Of a DNA stretch of 45,831 bases, positions 9,801-17,617 are shown one piece after another. The DNA lies in NCBI GenBank assembly GCA_013203315.1, contig JABMQJ010000002.1, positions 1 through 45,831 on the forward strand, given 5' to 3'. Both the position numbers and the translations under genes were made by a program. This stretch comes from Candidatus Omnitrophota bacterium (GTDB lineage Bacteria > Omnitrophota > Gorgyraeia > JABMRN01 > RBG-13-46-9). Under the pieces are notes generated by a model. The model did no database searches. It was not told the DNA's origin and worked only from the letters and a program-made list of their open reading frames with translations. Each line of letters begins with the position of its first letter. Within the stretch, counting starts at the first letter, position 1.

Positions 9801-10111
9801 TTATAAAGACTGGAAGAAAGGTTAAGCCCTGTCTGTCCGCCCAAATTCGACAATAGCCCGTCCGGCCTTTCTTTTTCGATAATTTTCTCAAGGCTCTCTA
9901 TGGTAAGCGGTTCAATATACGTCTTATGGGCCATGCCCGGATCGGTCATGATTGTGGCGGGGTTGGAATTTACGAGCACGACCTCGTATCCTTCCTCTTT
10001 TAATGCCTTACAGGCTTGAGTGCCCGAATAGTCAAACTCGCAGGCCTGGCCTATGATGATCGGCCCGGACCCTATGATTAGAATTTTGTGGATGTCATTT
10101 CTTTTCGGCAT
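6875..10111 (-). CDS. carB: Carbamoyl-phosphate synthase large subunit
   Basis: IGSGPIIIGQACEFDYSGTQAC, NSNPATIMTD, second ATP-grasp GPNRIGQGIEFDY, C-terminal MGS-like domain; 1078 aa. Confidence 0.97.
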   Translation of the reverse strand: MPKRNDIHKILIIGSGPIIIGQACEFDYSGTQACKALKEEGYEVVLVNSNPATIMTDPGMAHKTYIEPLTIESLEKIIEKERPDGLLSNLGGQTGLNLSSSLYKSGILKKYNVEIIGVKADAIERGEDRIAFKATMNKLGVSMPKSEPCHSVEEAEKIVENLGYPVVLRPAYTMGGTGGGIAYNIDELRTIVSRGLAASIVHQVLVEEAVIGWEELELEVVRDNKNQKITVCFIENIDAMGVHTGDSFCCAPMLTVPKPLQKRMQDISYKIVDAIGVVGGTNIQFAHNVKDDRIVVIEINPRTSRSSALASKATGFPIARISTKLAAGLTMDEIPYWRKGTLEKYEPWGDYVVIKFARWAFEKFPGSKDVLGTQMRAVGEVMSIGKTFKEAFQKAIRSLEIKRYGVGGAKNFKTLTLDALRQKLAAPSSERIFLMYEALRKGMTIDELYKVTHIGTWFINEIKELVEYEEEILKFSWKKFPDERLAKAKEWGFSDRYLAGLFGVKEKDVREKRIAIGKHGRYDAVPVSGVENAAYYYSTYIGEDKVPVSPNKKILILGGGPNRIGQGIEFDYTCVHAAFALRDEGYESIMVNCNPETVSTDYDTSNKLYFEPLTVEDVLTIYEKEKPIGAIVQFGGQTPLNLAQELKDNGVKILGTSPESIDLAEDRERFREKMIKLSIPQPESGTARSLEEALKIAEKIGYPLMVRPSYVLGGRGMEVVYDETMLRNYALGAIDVSPEHPMLIDRFLEEAVEVEVDAVSDGKDTFVAAIMEHIELAGVHSGDSACVIPSRTIKKEHLETIKEYSAQIAKELKVVGLTNIQYAICDDKVYILEANPRASRTVPIVSKIMDIPIARIATQVMLGKKLSSFPELKTQKIPYVGVKEAVFPFNMFPEVDPLLGPEMRATGEVMGIANTFGEAFYKAQEAAGIRLPLKGNALLTVADKDKKFLLSIAKKLKKLGFNFYATEGTARFLKEKGIDSSVVKKLHEGRPNISDAIKNKEINLIINTPIGHSGKHDDSYIRMSAIKHKIPYITSLTAAEASIEGIESMLKSKALPKSLQDYHKDLTASKKKEEKILQ

Positions 10112-10191
10112 TTCCTTTTTTCCTCCCTTGTTTTTCCGCTTGTCATGTTGATATATTGCTGGTTATTATATCATTATTTATCTTATATGAC

Positions 10192-10236
10192 AAAAGAAAA
10201 GAGAGGATGCCTCTTCTTTTAAGACATCCTCTCTTT
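10192..10236 (-). terminator. Intrinsic terminator after gdhA
   Basis: AAAGAGAGGATG...CATCCTCTCTTT stem followed by a T-rich tail on the minus strand. Confidence 0.8.
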
Positions 10237-10262
10237 GGTTAAACCGAAATTGCATAGACAGT

Positions 10263-11600
10263 TTACACTAATCCTTGATCAAGCATGGCATCGGCTACTT
10301 TTACAAATCCACCGATGTTCGCTCCCTTTACGTAATTGACATGCTTTCCTTCTTTACCGTATTTAACGCAAATCTCGTGTATAGCTATCATGATGTTGTG
10401 AAGCTTGCTATCCACTTCTTCACTTGTCCACGATAGGCGTTCTGAGTTCTGGGACATCTCAAGGCCTGAAACAGCAACGCCACCCGCGTTAGCTGCTTTA
10501 CCCGGACCATAAAGAATCTTGGCTTTTTGGAATACCTCGATACCTTCGGGAGTTGTAGGCATATTAGCGCCTTCTCCGACGGCTATGCAGCCTCCTTTAA
10601 CGAGCTTCTTCGCATCACTTTCATTTATCTCGTTTTGTGTGGCAGAAGGAAACGCAACATCACATTCTACTTCCCAAGGCTTTTTGTTTTCGAAGTATTT
10701 ACAATTGTATTTCTTAGCGTATTCTTTTATGCGTCCGCGTTTGACATTCTTAAGGTCCATAACGAATGCCAGCTTCTTTTCATCCACTCCGTGGCTATCA
10801 TAAATATATCCGCCGGAATCGGATAAGGTAACCACTTTACCACCCAGCTGGTTTACTTTTTCCACAGTATACTGGGCAACATTTCCTGACCCGGAAACCG
10901 TGCAAACCTTCCCCTTTAGAGAATCGCCTTTGGTTTTTAACATTTCTTCGACAAAATAAACGCAACCATAGCCTGTTGCTTCGGACCTAATAAGGCTTCC
11001 ACCCCAGTTAAGGCCTTTTCCGGTAAGAACGCCCGTAAACTCATTTCGAAGCTTTTTGTATTGCCCGAACATGTAGCCGATTTCGCGGCCACCCACGCCT
11101 ATATCGCCTGCCGGTATGTCGGTATCAGGCCCTATATGCCTTGAAAGCTCCGTCATAAAGCTCTGACAGAATCTCATGACTTCATTATCGGATTTCCCCT
11201 TAGGATCAAAATTTGATCCGCCTTTGCCGCCTCCCATAGGAAGTGTGGTAAGGCTGTTTTTGAAGACCTGTTCAAATGCCAGAAATTTTAAAATTCCCAA
11301 ATAAACTGTGGGGTGAAGGCGAAGGCCTCCTTTATAAGGGCCTATCGCGCTATTCATCTCAATGCGGTACCCTCTATTAACCTGCACCTCACCGGCATCA
11401 TCCATCCATGGAACGCGAAACATGATAACCCTCTCCGGTTCGACAATCCTTTCCAGGATTTTAGCTTTAAGATATTTTGGATTTTTCTCCAGGTATGGCA
11501 TAACCGATTCAACGACTTCCAGCACTGCCTGGTGAAATTCTTTTTCACCCGGGTTTTTTGCAATAACTTCATTCATGAAATCTTTAACTTTTTTTGTCAT
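10263..11600 (-). CDS. gdhA: NADP-specific glutamate dehydrogenase
   Basis: GPYKGGLR, KNSLTTLPMGGGKGG, DIPAGDIGVG, EATGYG, SGSGNVA and GKAANAGGVA motifs; GGAGG RBS. Confidence 0.96.
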   Translation of the reverse strand: MTKKVKDFMNEVIAKNPGEKEFHQAVLEVVESVMPYLEKNPKYLKAKILERIVEPERVIMFRVPWMDDAGEVQVNRGYRIEMNSAIGPYKGGLRLHPTVYLGILKFLAFEQVFKNSLTTLPMGGGKGGSNFDPKGKSDNEVMRFCQSFMTELSRHIGPDTDIPAGDIGVGGREIGYMFGQYKKLRNEFTGVLTGKGLNWGGSLIRSEATGYGCVYFVEEMLKTKGDSLKGKVCTVSGSGNVAQYTVEKVNQLGGKVVTLSDSGGYIYDSHGVDEKKLAFVMDLKNVKRGRIKEYAKKYNCKYFENKKPWEVECDVAFPSATQNEINESDAKKLVKGGCIAVGEGANMPTTPEGIEVFQKAKILYGPGKAANAGGVAVSGLEMSQNSERLSWTSEEVDSKLHNIMIAIHEICVKYGKEGKHVNYVKGANIGGFVKVADAMLDQGLV

Positions 11601-11630
11601 TTTTCCTCCTTTTTAAAATAGCACCTGCAT

Positions 11631-11682
11631 AAAAAAAGCCCCAATCTCTTGGGGCTACTTTGCCTTTTTAAACTTCTTCGTT
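11631..11682 (-). promoter_or_regulatory. ANTAR-type dual-hexaloop attenuator upstream of gdhA
   Basis: AAC-GAAGAA-GTT, 6-nt linker, GGC-AAAGTA-GCC, overlapping the terminator AGCCCCAA-GAGA-TTGGGGCT-T6. Confidence 0.85.
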
Positions 11683-11688
11683 AGGACC

Positions 11689-11716
11689 ATTATACCGCTT
11701 AACATAAATATGTCAA
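11689..11716 (-). promoter_or_regulatory. gdhA promoter
   Basis: TTGACA-16-TATAAT; the predicted start lies at the first hairpin. Confidence 0.75.
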
Positions 11717-11733
11717 GTCTTTCTTTGAATTTT

Positions 11734-12477
11734 TCAATCTTTTTTTCCCTTGCTTCTTACTTCGCAAGAAAGTATGATCGCCTCGGCTATATCTTTCATG
11801 TTAACGCGTTTATTCATGCTGGATTTTCGTAGTAAATTGTAAGCGTCTTCTTCGGTAATATCCTGCTCTTTCATTAAAATACCCTTTGCCTTTTCTATTT
11901 TTTTTCTTGATTCCAACTCCTCTCCGATGACCTTGGTCTTAACAAGGAGTTCGGTATTTTCAATCGCCACCGCGGCCTGGTTTGCTACGGTGCTCAAAAG
12001 ATTAACGTCACTTTTAGTAAATTTATACATTGTCGTGGTGTAACAGTTAATAACACCTATAACTCTTTTTTTTACCATCATGGGAACGCTAAGCATGGAA
12101 ACGAGATTCTCTTCTCTTGCCAGCTTCTTCTCTTTATACGCAGGGTCCTTTAAAACATTTGCTATTATTATCGGTTTTCTTTCTTTTGCTATCAACCCGA
12201 CAACGCCTTCTCCTAGCCTAAGGCTTCTTTCCTTCAGATATTCCTCGCTCATGGCTTGAGTGGCCCGAATTTTTAAGTGTTTGGTTTTTTCATCTAAAAG
12301 CCACAATGAACAAATCTTGGCTTTCATTACGTTAGCCGTTAAGGTAACGATAAGCTTGAGGACATCCTCTAGATAAAGGTCAGAAGTTATTGCCCTGCTT
12401 ATTTTGCTTAATGCGTCGATGTGGCTTTTGTAAGAAGTGTCTTTCAACTTGCCCATAGGGTAGGTTCTTAAATTCAA
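11734..12477 (-). CDS. GAF-ANTAR one-component RNA-binding antiterminator (start may be the ATG at 12456)
   Basis: GAF domain (LGEGVVG, SMLSVPM, ANQAAVAIEN) followed by ANTAR consensus LESRKKIEKAKGILM...EEDAYNLLRKSSMNKRVNMKDIAEAII; ORF begins 8 nt after glnA. Confidence 0.93.
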   Translation of the reverse strand: MNLRTYPMGKLKDTSYKSHIDALSKISRAITSDLYLEDVLKLIVTLTANVMKAKICSLWLLDEKTKHLKIRATQAMSEEYLKERSLRLGEGVVGLIAKERKPIIIANVLKDPAYKEKKLAREENLVSMLSVPMMVKKRVIGVINCYTTTMYKFTKSDVNLLSTVANQAAVAIENTELLVKTKVIGEELESRKKIEKAKGILMKEQDITEEDAYNLLRKSSMNKRVNMKDIAEAIILSCEVRSKGKKD

Positions 12478-12485
12478 TCAGCCAA

Positions 12486-13805
12486 TTATAAAATAGCCAG
12501 ATACTTGTCTAATTCGTATGCCGTTATCTGCCTTCTATATTCGTTCCATTCGTCTTTTTTATTGCGGATAAAGTATTCGAATACCTTGTCACCTAAGGCT
12601 TTTCTTACGATGGCGCTCTTTTCTGTTATTTTTATGGCTTCGAATAAATCGTCCGGTAAAGATGTTATTTTTCTTCTTTTTCTTTCGGACTCCGACATGT
12701 CGTATATATTGCCCGTTACTTGCTCGGGTAAAGGATATTTCTGTTTAATGCCTTCGAGGCCTGCCGCGAGCATTACTGAAAACGCGAGGTACGGGTTGCA
12801 CGCCGGATCGGGGTTACGAAGCTCAACCCTTGTTGCGTTTTCCTTGCCGGGTTTATACATGGGCACCCTTACGAGTGCGGAACGGTTCCTTTGCGCCCAT
12901 GAAACATATACGGGCGCTTCATACCCCGGCACCAGCCTCTTGTATGAATTTACCCATTGGCAGCATACGGAACAAATTTCCGTGGCGTGCTTTAGGAGCC
13001 CGGCGATGAAATACTTTGCCGTCTTTGAGAGATGAAGTTTATCCTTGGGATCAAAAAAGGCGTTTCTCTTACCTTTAAAAAGTGACATATGCGTATGCAT
13101 GCCGCTTCCGTTTATACCATAAACCGGTTTTGGCATGAATGTAGCGTAAAGGTTTTCTTTCATGGCCACTTCTTTTACGGCCATGCGATAGGTCATCACG
13201 TTGTCAGCCATAATCATCGCCTCATTATAGCGCAGGTCTATTTCGTGCTGGGAGTTTGCTACCTCGTGGTGCCAGTATTCAACGTCTATTCCCATCTTCT
13301 CGAGCACGACAACGGTTTTGCGCCTTAAGTCCTGCCCTATATCCATCGGGGTAAGATCAAAATACCCTCCCTTATCGAGGATTTCGGTACCGCCTTTGTT
13401 GCGAAAATAAAAATACTCGAGTTCCGGACCTACATTAAAGGTATAGCCCATTTTTTTGGCGACTTCAAGATTTTTTTTCAGAACGTATCTCGGGTCCCCG
13501 GGGAAGGGTTTACCGGTCGTGTCCAGAACATTGCAGAACATTCTGGCCACAGGTCTATCTTCTTTGATCCAAGGAATGATCTGGAATGTCGCCGGGTCTG
13601 GCTTTACAAGCATGTCGGATTCTTCAATGCGCGAAAAGCCTTCTATCGAAGACCCATCAAAACCCATTCCGTCTTTTAAGGCACCTGCCAGTTCCCCTAC
13701 CGGAATATCAAAGCTTTTTAAAAAACCCAAAACATCGGTAAACCACAGGCGCACAAAGCCTATGTTTTTTTTCTTTACTATATCTAAGATCCCCTGTTTT
13801 GCCAT
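12486..13805 (-). CDS. glnA: Glutamine synthetase type I
   Basis: FDGSSIEGF, GPELEY, HHEVA.SQHEI, FMPKP..GINGSGMHTH, NSYKRLVPGYEAP and RVELRNPDPACNPY motifs. Confidence 0.96.
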   Translation of the reverse strand: MAKQGILDIVKKKNIGFVRLWFTDVLGFLKSFDIPVGELAGALKDGMGFDGSSIEGFSRIEESDMLVKPDPATFQIIPWIKEDRPVARMFCNVLDTTGKPFPGDPRYVLKKNLEVAKKMGYTFNVGPELEYFYFRNKGGTEILDKGGYFDLTPMDIGQDLRRKTVVVLEKMGIDVEYWHHEVANSQHEIDLRYNEAMIMADNVMTYRMAVKEVAMKENLYATFMPKPVYGINGSGMHTHMSLFKGKRNAFFDPKDKLHLSKTAKYFIAGLLKHATEICSVCCQWVNSYKRLVPGYEAPVYVSWAQRNRSALVRVPMYKPGKENATRVELRNPDPACNPYLAFSVMLAAGLEGIKQKYPLPEQVTGNIYDMSESERKRRKITSLPDDLFEAIKITEKSAIVRKALGDKVFEYFIRNKKDEWNEYRRQITAYELDKYLAIL

Positions 13806-13839
13806 TACTGTCCTCTCTTCCTTATATTATGTTCCGCAT

Positions 13840-13868
13840 ATTATAGCAAATCTGTGGTGATATTTCAA
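13840..13868 (-). promoter_or_regulatory. Promoter for glnA and the ANTAR gene
   Basis: TTGAAA-17-TATAAT with extended -10 TG. Confidence 0.65.
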
Positions 13869-13873
13869 ACAAT

Positions 13874-15070
13874 CTATTTAGCTTTTTCTTCCCAGCGCGA
13901 TTTGAGTTTGGGATTGTCTATCCACGATAGCAAATACTTGGTGTATTCGTCTCCTGTCACACCGGTTTCCCTTCCTGTAATCGCCATTTTCTTTTCGTAT
14001 AATCCACATACATCCAGAGCCATTTCCACTTTTTCGGCTCTCTCCGGAAAACCTATGTGTCTCAAGAGCATGGCGCTTGCGCGTACCATAGAACACGGAT
14101 CCGCGAATTTATCGCGGCCTTCGGTTACCATGCGCGGCGCACTTCCGTGAATCGCTTCAAACATGGCCCATTTTTTCCCTATGTTTGCGCTTCCGGCCGT
14201 ACCAACACCCCCCTGAAGTTGGGCCGCTTCATCGGTCAAGATGTCGCCGTAAAGGTTTGGAAGGACAAATACCTTGAATTCGTTGCGGCGCACTGGGTCT
14301 AACAATTTTGCCGTCATAATATCGATATACCACTCATCCAGGCGGATCTTGGGATATTCCTTCGCTATGCGGAATGCTACTCTCGAAAAACGACCGTCTG
14401 TTGTTTTAACCACATTAGATTTTGTAACAACCGTTACGCGATCGATATTATTATTCTTGGCGTATTCAAAAGCCATGCGAATAATCCGCTCGGCGCCGGG
14501 TTCCGTAATAACTTTAAAATCCACGCTTATATCCTCGGACACATCAAACCCCTTTGAGCCTAATACGTATGCGCCTTCTGTGTTTTCCCGGAAGAAGCAC
14601 CAGTCGATCCCATCTTTAGGGATTCGCACAGGTCTAACGTTGGCGAAAAGATCCAGGTGTCGGCGCATGGCCACGTTAGCGCTTTCTATATTGGGCCATT
14701 TATCCCCTGCTTGTGGGGTCGTCGTGGGACCTTTCAATATTACGTGGCAGGATTTTATTTCTTTCAACACGTCATCGGGAATTGCTTTTTTATGCTTGGC
14801 CCTGTTTTCAATAGTAAGCCCTGCAATGTCTTTAAACTTGATTTTCCCTTTGGCTACTTCGCTTTTAAGAACGTGGTTTAACACTTTCTCGGCGTGCCCG
14901 GAGATCACTTTGCCGATACCGTCCCCCCAGCAAACACCGATAATAATGGGTGACACCGAAGAATAATCTATCCGCCCGGTGTCTTTTTTCATCTTTTCGA
15001 CGCGCCGAAGCTCGCCTTCGACTATACTTGCAAATTTACTTTTTGCATCTTCGATTAGTTTTTTTGACAT
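13874..15070 (-). CDS. icd: Isocitrate dehydrogenase (isocitrate/isopropylmalate dehydrogenase family)
   Basis: GDGIG, KGPTTTP, SANVAMR (isocitrate-type S-x-N), RENTEG, NLYGDILTD, FEAIHGSAP. Start set at ATG 15070 with a GAGGGA RBS rather than GTG 15094. Confidence 0.8.
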   Translation of the reverse strand: MSKKLIEDAKSKFASIVEGELRRVEKMKKDTGRIDYSSVSPIIIGVCWGDGIGKVISGHAEKVLNHVLKSEVAKGKIKFKDIAGLTIENRAKHKKAIPDDVLKEIKSCHVILKGPTTTPQAGDKWPNIESANVAMRRHLDLFANVRPVRIPKDGIDWCFFRENTEGAYVLGSKGFDVSEDISVDFKVITEPGAERIIRMAFEYAKNNNIDRVTVVTKSNVVKTTDGRFSRVAFRIAKEYPKIRLDEWYIDIMTAKLLDPVRRNEFKVFVLPNLYGDILTDEAAQLQGGVGTAGSANIGKKWAMFEAIHGSAPRMVTEGRDKFADPCSMVRASAMLLRHIGFPERAEKVEMALDVCGLYEKKMAITGRETGVTGDEYTKYLLSWIDNPKLKSRWEEKAK

Positions 15071-15139
15071 ATTGTTCCCTCTTTCGAAAATCACTTTAAA
15101 AAACTATGTCTTTCCGCATAGGATTATACCTCTTAAAGC

Positions 15140-15166
15140 AAAAAAACCCAAGCAAAATATGCTTGG
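15140..15166 (-). terminator. Intrinsic terminator after nfnB
   Basis: CCAAGCA-TATTT-TGCTTGG followed by GT7. Confidence 0.65.
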
Positions 15167-15216
15167 CGCTTTTAAAAATGAAGCAAATTTCTATCTCGCG
15201 CTTATGCTTTTTTGTT

Positions 15217-16632
15217 CTATGAGAGTAGGCGCTTGATTATCGCCGCGGCGGCTTTCTTTGCCATGCCCATAGCTTCAATAACAGTGCCTTCGCCACCTAC
15301 AATGTCACCACCGGCATAAACGTTCTTAATCGACGTTTCCATGGTCTCGGAATCAACGGTTACGTCCCCCCACTTATCAACTTTTAAATTCGGAGTAACG
15401 CTTGTAAGGACACGGTTTGCCCCGAGCCCAACTGCAATTACCGCTATGTCACAATCGGATTCAAATTCGCTACCTTCGATCGGGATCGGCCTTCTCCTTC
15501 CGCTTGCGTCAGGTTCGCCCAGCTTGCATTGTAAGCATTTAATTTTTTCAACGCATCCTTCTTTACCCGTAAAACCTACAGGTTGAGTTAAGAATCTGAA
15601 TTTTATTCCCTCTTCCTTGGCGTGCTCGATTTCAAGGCGCCTGGCAGGCATTTCTTTCTCAGTCCGCCTGTAAAATACACTGACATTCGGCGGTATATTA
15701 TTGATCTTCTGGAGCCTCAAAGCTACCCTTGCCGCGTCCATGGCAGTGTTCCCGCCACCTACAACCACTATGCTCTTTCCTATATTTATGGGCGTGTGGA
15801 ACCGGGGAAACTCATACGCCTTCATTAAATTAACGCGTGTTAAAAATTCATTCGCAGAATAAACGTTGCAAAGGCTTTCGCCTTCCAGCTTCAAGAAAGA
15901 CGGCGTTCCCGCGCCTAATCCTAAAAATACGCAAGAATATCCTTCGGAAAAAAGTTCATCCAGAGACTTGCTTTTTCCTATAATGACATTTGTATTTATT
16001 TCTACCCCTAATTTCGCCAGGCAATCTATTTCGGCATTCAGGACATCCCCGGGCAATCTGAACGGCGGTATTCCGTAAGCCAATACGCCCCCTGTTTTAT
16101 GGAGGCTTTCAAAAATTACTACTTTTACCCCTAATCTCGCAAGCTCGCCGGCGCAGCATAGCCCGGCCGGGCCTGAACCTACAACAGCGACTTTAAATTT
16201 TGAAAGCTTCTCATTCTTTTGCGTGGGAATGTTTACATTGTTCTCCATTCCGTAGTCACCGGCAAATCTCTCCAGAAAATGTATGTTTATGGCATTTTCC
16301 GAGGCAAAGGGTAAATCTTTTTTTGTAAAGACGCACTTCTTTCTGCATTGATATTCAGCCGGACAGACCCTGCCGCACATGGACGGAAAATCGTTCTTTT
16401 CTCTTATGGTAAGATAAGCGCCTTTATAATCCTTATCCTTGATCTGGGCTATGAACTTCTTGATGTCTATTCCTACCGGACAACCGATTATGCACACGGG
16501 ATTCTTGCACTGTATGCACCTTGCGGCTTCTTCGAGCGCCTCTTTTTCCGTATAACGAGAAACAACCTCGCTAAAATCCACTATTCTCTTTTGTGCGTCC
16601 AAATCTTGTGGCTTTATTGGGACTTTTTTCAT
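15217..16632 (-). CDS. nfnB: NfnB/SudA (GltD-like) large subunit of electron-bifurcating transhydrogenase
   Basis: CIQCKNPVC..GCPV and CGRVCP..QC Fe-S motifs; GSGPAG and GGGNTAMD Rossmann motifs; overlaps the nfnA-like gene by 4 nt. Confidence 0.85.
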   Translation of the reverse strand: MKKVPIKPQDLDAQKRIVDFSEVVSRYTEKEALEEAARCIQCKNPVCIIGCPVGIDIKKFIAQIKDKDYKGAYLTIREKNDFPSMCGRVCPAEYQCRKKCVFTKKDLPFASENAINIHFLERFAGDYGMENNVNIPTQKNEKLSKFKVAVVGSGPAGLCCAGELARLGVKVVIFESLHKTGGVLAYGIPPFRLPGDVLNAEIDCLAKLGVEINTNVIIGKSKSLDELFSEGYSCVFLGLGAGTPSFLKLEGESLCNVYSANEFLTRVNLMKAYEFPRFHTPINIGKSIVVVGGGNTAMDAARVALRLQKINNIPPNVSVFYRRTEKEMPARRLEIEHAKEEGIKFRFLTQPVGFTGKEGCVEKIKCLQCKLGEPDASGRRRPIPIEGSEFESDCDIAVIAVGLGANRVLTSVTPNLKVDKWGDVTVDSETMETSIKNVYAGGDIVGGEGTVIEAMGMAKKAAAAIIKRLLS

Positions 16633-17468
16633 GTTTTTTCCAATCTACAAATATGATCTTCTTTTTTGCAATATATTTTGCTGCGATTCTGTAGCTCTTC
16701 CCAGTTTACCAGGTTTCCGTCAAACTCCGGCCCGTCTATGCAGCTAAATTGCACCTTTTTATTAACGGTTACCCGGCAACATCCGCACATTCCCGTGCCG
16801 TCAACCATGAGCGCATTTAAAGAAACCAGTGTTTTTACGCCGTAGGGCTTGCTCGTAAGAGAAACCTTTGCCATCATGGGGATTGGGCCGACCGCGTATA
16901 TGAGGCTGTAGGCCGAAGGCTTTGAATCATTAGTTAATAACTCTTTTAGAATATCAGTGGTAAAACCCTTCTTTCCGTATGAACCATCATCGGTAGCGAC
17001 GTGTAATTCATCGGATACAGATTTTAATTCTTGCTCTAAAATAAGTAGGTTCTTAGCTCTTGCGCCCAAAATAGTTGTCACATGGTTTCCGACATTTTTA
17101 AGCGCCCGCGCGACAGGGTATATTTCCGCGATACCTACTCCGCCGCCTACCAGAATTACCTTTCCGTATTTTTTTATTTCCATAGCGTGCCCCAAGGGAC
17201 CCGCTATGGCGTAAATATCATCGCCTGTATTTAATTTACCGAGAAGCTTTGTCGTAAAACCTAATTCCTGAAAAATTAACGTGATCGTGCCCTTTTGTTT
17301 ATCCGTATCCACGACTGTGAGAGGAATCCTTTCCCCGGATTCTTCTACCATAACGACAACAAACTGTCCTGGTTCCGCTTTTGGTGCCACAAGAGGAACA
17401 CGAACCACGATCTTTGTGACCCTCGTGCCTCCAGTGTCCATTAAAACAGATTTTTCTAATATTTCCAT
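16629..17468 (-). CDS. nfnA: NfnA/SudB small subunit (FAD, 2Fe-2S)
   Basis: PGQFV, GERIPLT, GPLG, GGGVG, TDDGSYG and MVDGTGMCGCCRV...CIDGPEF motifs. Confidence 0.87.
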   Translation of the reverse strand: MEILEKSVLMDTGGTRVTKIVVRVPLVAPKAEPGQFVVVMVEESGERIPLTVVDTDKQKGTITLIFQELGFTTKLLGKLNTGDDIYAIAGPLGHAMEIKKYGKVILVGGGVGIAEIYPVARALKNVGNHVTTILGARAKNLLILEQELKSVSDELHVATDDGSYGKKGFTTDILKELLTNDSKPSAYSLIYAVGPIPMMAKVSLTSKPYGVKTLVSLNALMVDGTGMCGCCRVTVNKKVQFSCIDGPEFDGNLVNWEELQNRSKIYCKKEDHICRLEKT

Positions 17469-17507
17469 GCGATGCTTCCTTTTTGCTACATTGAGAAAAT
17501 CGTAGGC

Positions 17508-17563
17508 AAAAAAAATAGCCCCAGATTCTGGGGCTTCCTTGCCTTATTTAACTCCGTTATCAA
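17508..17563 (-). promoter_or_regulatory. ANTAR-type attenuator upstream of nfnAB
   Basis: TTGAT-AACGGA-GTTAA (weak, two G:U pairs), then GGC-AAGGAA-GCC overlapping the terminator AGCCCCAG-AAT-CTGGGGCT-A-T8. Confidence 0.8.
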
Positions 17564-17568
17564 AAGCA

Positions 17569-17597
17569 ATGCTAACATTAAAGGTTATATTTGTCAA
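17569..17597 (-). promoter_or_regulatory. nfnAB promoter
   Basis: TTGACA-17-TAGCAT with extended -10 TG. Confidence 0.65.
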
Positions 17598-17617
17598 GTT
17601 CAAAATTTGTGCGCTCC

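Noticed and set aside
15095-15216. Possible third ANTAR site before icd (also checked before glnA and carB)
   Set aside because: A terminator is present, but no pair of hexaloop hairpins overlaps it.
15217-16632. Calling this gene glutamate synthase small subunit (gltD)
   Set aside because: No gltB in the window, and it is coupled to an NfnA/SudB gene, which fits NfnAB better.
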